Shown in pieces: positions 58,971 through 64,000 of a stretch of DNA of 64,000 nt. The notes beneath the pieces are model-generated. The model did no database searches and was not told where the DNA came from. It saw only the letters and a list, made by a program, of their open reading frames with translations. The position numbers were made by a program, and so were the translations under genes. Location: NCBI RefSeq assembly GCF_009914755.1, contig NC_060933.1; one strand, 5' to 3'. Each line of letters begins with the position of its first letter. The first letter of the stretch is position 1. This DNA comes from the human T2T-CHM13v2.0 reference genome, Homo sapiens.

Positions 58971-60535
58971 ACCCCAAATCCCCACAAAAATTAAATAATT
59001 GCAAAAAATATTGGCAAAGGATTTGAATAGATATTTTTCCAAAGAAGATGTACAGATGATCAATAAACATATGAAAAGGTGCTCAACATCATTAGCCATC
59101 AGGGAAATGGCAAATTTAAAACCATAATGATAACACTTCATATCCTATAGGATGGTTATAATAAAAATATGGACAATAACAAGTGTTGGCAAATTGGAAC
59201 CCCTCATACATTTCTGGTAGGAATGTAAAGTGGTGCAGCCACCTTGGAAAACAGTGGTGGTTCCTCAAAAAGTTAAACATAGAGTTATGTCTTAGCAATT
59301 CCCCTCCTAGGTATACACCCGAGATAATTAAAAACATGTTTAAACAAAAACTTCTACACAAATGTTGATAGCATTATTCATGATAGCCAAGTCAAAATAA
59401 AATGTCAATCAATAGATAAGTGGATAAAGAAAATGGAGTATACACACACTGGAGTATTATTCAGCCAAGAAAAGGAATAAAGTGCTGATACATACTACAA
59501 TGTAGATGAGCCTTAAAAACATTGTAAATGAAGTCAGACCCAAAAAGTCACTCATTGTATGATTCCATTAATATGAAACAGTCTTAGTTAGCAAATGCAT
59601 AGAGATAGAAAACAGGTTAGTGGTTACCGGTGCTGGAGGGAGAGAAAAATGAGTAAGAGCTAATGGGTGTGGGTTTCCTTTGGGGTGATGAAAATGTTCT
59701 AGGATGAGATAGTTGTGATGGTTGCTCAGCTTTGTGAATATACTAAACCCCACTGAATTGTATACTTAAAAGGTGAATATTTTGGTGTGTGAATTATATC
59801 TTAATTTTGAAGAAATGAAATGACCCATCCCAAAGCAGGAGCACTAATAAAGGTCTCATGGACTGGAATATGCTTGGCAAATCCACCAGACACAGATTCC
59901 TACTGTAAGGAGGGCCCTCACTTGCAGGCAGACAAGTCCCCTTTGGGATGGGAGGGGACTTAGATCAGAGGTCAGTGGGGCCAACCCTGAGCCCCAGCCC
60001 CCTGTTACGCCTCCCTGCCAAGTGCTCATCCGACCTCTGCTTGCTTGCTTGCCTGCCTCTTTTGACAGGGAGATCATTTCTGTTGAAGACAACCCCGTTG
60101 GTCTTAAACAACTTGATTTTTGAGAAGTTCTTTACTAAGAAAAAAAACAACTTCTTCCTGTAGCTTTCTTCTGGTTCTGTAGCAGAGCTGGTTCTGGCTC
60201 TGCCCTCTTAGACACAGAGAACAGGTCCATTCCCTCCCCTCCCTGACAGCCCTTCACGGACTGTCATACATGTATTCACTACAATCCTATGATCTGCTAC
60301 TCTTTATCTTTAAGATCCTGGGCACAGCGGGCACTAGAGGGCCTGAATTGCCTTCATCAAAGCAAGAGATAATTATGTATCGCCATAATGCATTTTAAAA
60401 AATAAAAACAACCATCTACTTATGAGAGCTTTCCTAACAAAACAAATCTGAAGACCAAGAACTAAACTAGGAAGTTCTTTGAGCCTTTCAAAGTGGTGTC
60501 AGAGTATGGGCACTTAAAAAATAGATTCTGTCTAG

Positions 60536-60871
<336 letters not shown>

Positions 60872-61189
60872 TAGTTCTAACACATTTGGCTGCCAGATTA
60901 CTAGGCCATGGTGAATCCAAAAGGAGATGGAAGCTTCTGGAGGCAGGCTCCTCATTCCACCCTTTAAGTGATCTTGACTCATCCCCCTATTGGTTATCCC
61001 ATACAAAGCTGCTGTTGGTGCCTATGCCGTCTGTGAAATTGTTCTAGGTCACCTTCAAATGGCCTGCCCTGTACTCCTCATCTTCCATTTTCCTGATTCC
61101 TATCCACCCCACCACTGCCCAGCCTTTTGTCCTCACACCTGGCCACTTCAATTGGTGGCCAGGTTTTGAACAAGCTATTCAAGCTGTGA

Positions 61190-61489
61190 TTTTATTTTAT
61201 TTTATTTTATTTTGAGACAGGGTCTCCCCTGTCACCCAGGAGTGCAGTGGCGGGATCATGACTCACTGCAGCCTCGACCTCCTGGGCTCAAGGGATCTTC
61301 CCATTCAGTCTCCCAAGTGACTGAGACTACAGGTGTGCGCCACCATGCCCTGCTAATTTTTGTATTTTTTGTGGAGACAGCATTTCGCCATGTTGCCCAG
61401 TCTGGTCTTGAAGTTCTGAGCTCAAGCGATCTGCCTGCCTCAGCCTCCCAAAGTGCTGGGATTACAGGCATGAGCCCCTGTGCCAGGCC
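61190..61489 (-). mobile_element. AluJ-like
   Basis: Antisense Alu, flanking ctgtgatttt. Confidence 0.88.
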
Positions 61490-62100
61490 AACTGTGATTT
61501 TAGTATTCAGCTTTTCCACTTACTGGTGGCATAGAAGTCACTTAACCACATTAAGCCTTGTTTTGTTTTAATCTGTAAAATGGGAATATAATGATTTCAA
61601 TCGCACACATTTGTGTGTGAACGGTAGATGCCATAGTGTGTGTGAAGGAATAAGCAGTCACCAAGGGCAGCTGTTCTGATGATCTGGCCTCTGTTTGCCT
61701 GCACCATGGCAGTCGGTTGTGGCGGTCCCCAAGGGGAGACCTTGCTCTAAGCAGGCCCAGGATTTCAAAGGCAGGATTTAAGAGGACAACTGTGGTCATA
61801 ATGGTAGTTGGAAAGACAGAGGTGAGAAAACTTTAAAACTCAGGCACTAAAGGACCCTTGTCTGGGTCCTTTAGCTCAATATCCCCTATCAACCTCCAAG
61901 AGTGTCATCTCCATAAAGCATCCTAGAGCCTAATGCCTGTGACTGTCCTCCCTTCATTTCCTAAGCAAAAGCGTATTGGTACTCATTTTGTGCCAGGTAC
62001 TCCTGCCAACTGGAAAGGTAGAGATAGAGACCTCTGCCTTCAGGGGGCTCCCATTCTTGTTGAGCCTAAGTCAGGGGAGGAGGAAAAGAATAATAATTTA

Positions 62101-62484
<384 letters not shown>

Positions 62485-62574
62485 TTAAATATTTTAGCCA
62501 AGGGAAATCTTCAGTTATCATTCAATTTCGTTTAAGTGGAATGGAGAGTATCAGCTTTTGCTAGGTAACGATGA

Positions 62575-62795
62575 GTCACATTTAATGAGTGTTTACCATA
62601 TGTCAGGCTCTATCCTAAGTGCCTTATAGTTCTCTTAAGTTCTTTGATCCATAACAGCCCTATGCAATGGTACAAATATTATTCTTGTATTGAGTATGAG
62701 GAAACTGAAACACAGAGGGGTTTAGTAACTTGCCCAAGGTCACATAGCTAATAAGTGGCAAGCTTGGATTTGAACCCAGGGAGGCTGGCTCCTGA
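62575..62795 (-). mobile_element. MIR
   Basis: atgaggaaactgaaacacagaggggtttagtaacttgcccaaggtcacatagctaataagtggc. Confidence 0.75.
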
Positions 62796-63072
62796 GAGAG
62801 AAGGAGCTCGTAAACACTATATTTTAGGGTGTCCCATATAACAAAGACTTACTTTCTTTGGATTTTTTTACCAAGTGATCATTCATGTAATGTATGTATG
62901 GACACTGTCACAGAATGTGCAGGTCAGTCAGGACAAAGTGGGAAAATCGGACACTTGATATCTTGATTCCTTCCTTTCCCCTTGCGATTTTACAAAGAAG
63001 GAAATTAAAGCCCAAAGACGGGGCAGGGGACCGGCCACCACCAGGAGGGTGATGGGCTCCCTGCCTCCCTCA

Positions 63073-63443
<371 letters not shown>

Positions 63444-64000
63444 TCAGAACTCAACCCCCAAGCTGGGCTTTTCCCAGTATCATTCTTCGTTCTTAATGAG
63501 CCCTGTATCAGACTCTTAAGTGGTTCTGAACTCTCTTTCTCTGTCTTTGTTTCACAGTCCAAAGTCTTCTTAACCAGAAAGTGCATTTCCTCTTCAGTAC
63601 CAGTAACCCCTGGTTCCAACTGCGTCAAAAACACTCCCTAGGCTTTCTCATGGCTGTCTTACCTGCTTTGCTGGGGCTATTTATGGAGGAAGAGCACAGG
63701 ATCTGTTTTGCCTTTCATCAGAGTCAGGATCAGAGCAGAGAGGCTAGGACACAAACATTGAACCCCGAGATCCGGACCACATGACTAGGGTGGCGGAAAC
63801 TGGGGCCCAGCCACAGCCAAAGCCATGGGGAGGCCATGCCAGCACAGCCATCACCCCATCATCTCCTCCCCTGGCTGTTCGTCTAATCCTCAACAGTGCT
63901 GAGATGCCACAGACTAGAAAGTGCTACAAGAAACCACACGGATTTGAGTGTCACAGTTGTGTGTGAAAAATACTGAACCAACTCTGGACTGGGAGTCAGG

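Noticed and set aside
60325-60345. Weaker CTCF-like motif gcactagagggcc
   Set aside because: Mismatches at informative positions; not supportable without ChIP data.

Overview
Human (primate) genomic DNA. Apart from one exon it is repeat-rich and non-coding. The only supportable gene is SHB (SH2 domain-containing adaptor protein B) on the minus strand. Its first coding exon (ATG at 24574 in a strong gccATGG context, GT donor after 23858, 717 nt = 239 codons, phase 0) lies in a ~2.4 kb CpG island with a TATA-less, GC-box promoter. Bases 1-23857 are part of SHB intron 1 and ~25.2-64 kb is upstream flank. The rest is a transposon mosaic: over 30 Alus (one a pristine AluYa8-type copy with TSD), a complete solo ERV9 LTR12 with 4-bp TSD about 6 kb upstream of SHB, MaLR LTRs, old L1/L2/MIR fragments and small DNA transposons (MER58A, MER5, MER53, MER47). 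I found no convincing novel biological system. The best leads are the SHB 5' leader (two uORFs plus an 85-codon stop-free in-frame extension that uORF1 would join after a single frameshift), the LTR12 promoter/enhancer, the young Alu and a strong CTCF-like motif. Repeat subfamily calls are by eye from remembered consensus sequences, and their boundaries are approximate (about +/-10-50 bp, more for old repeats).
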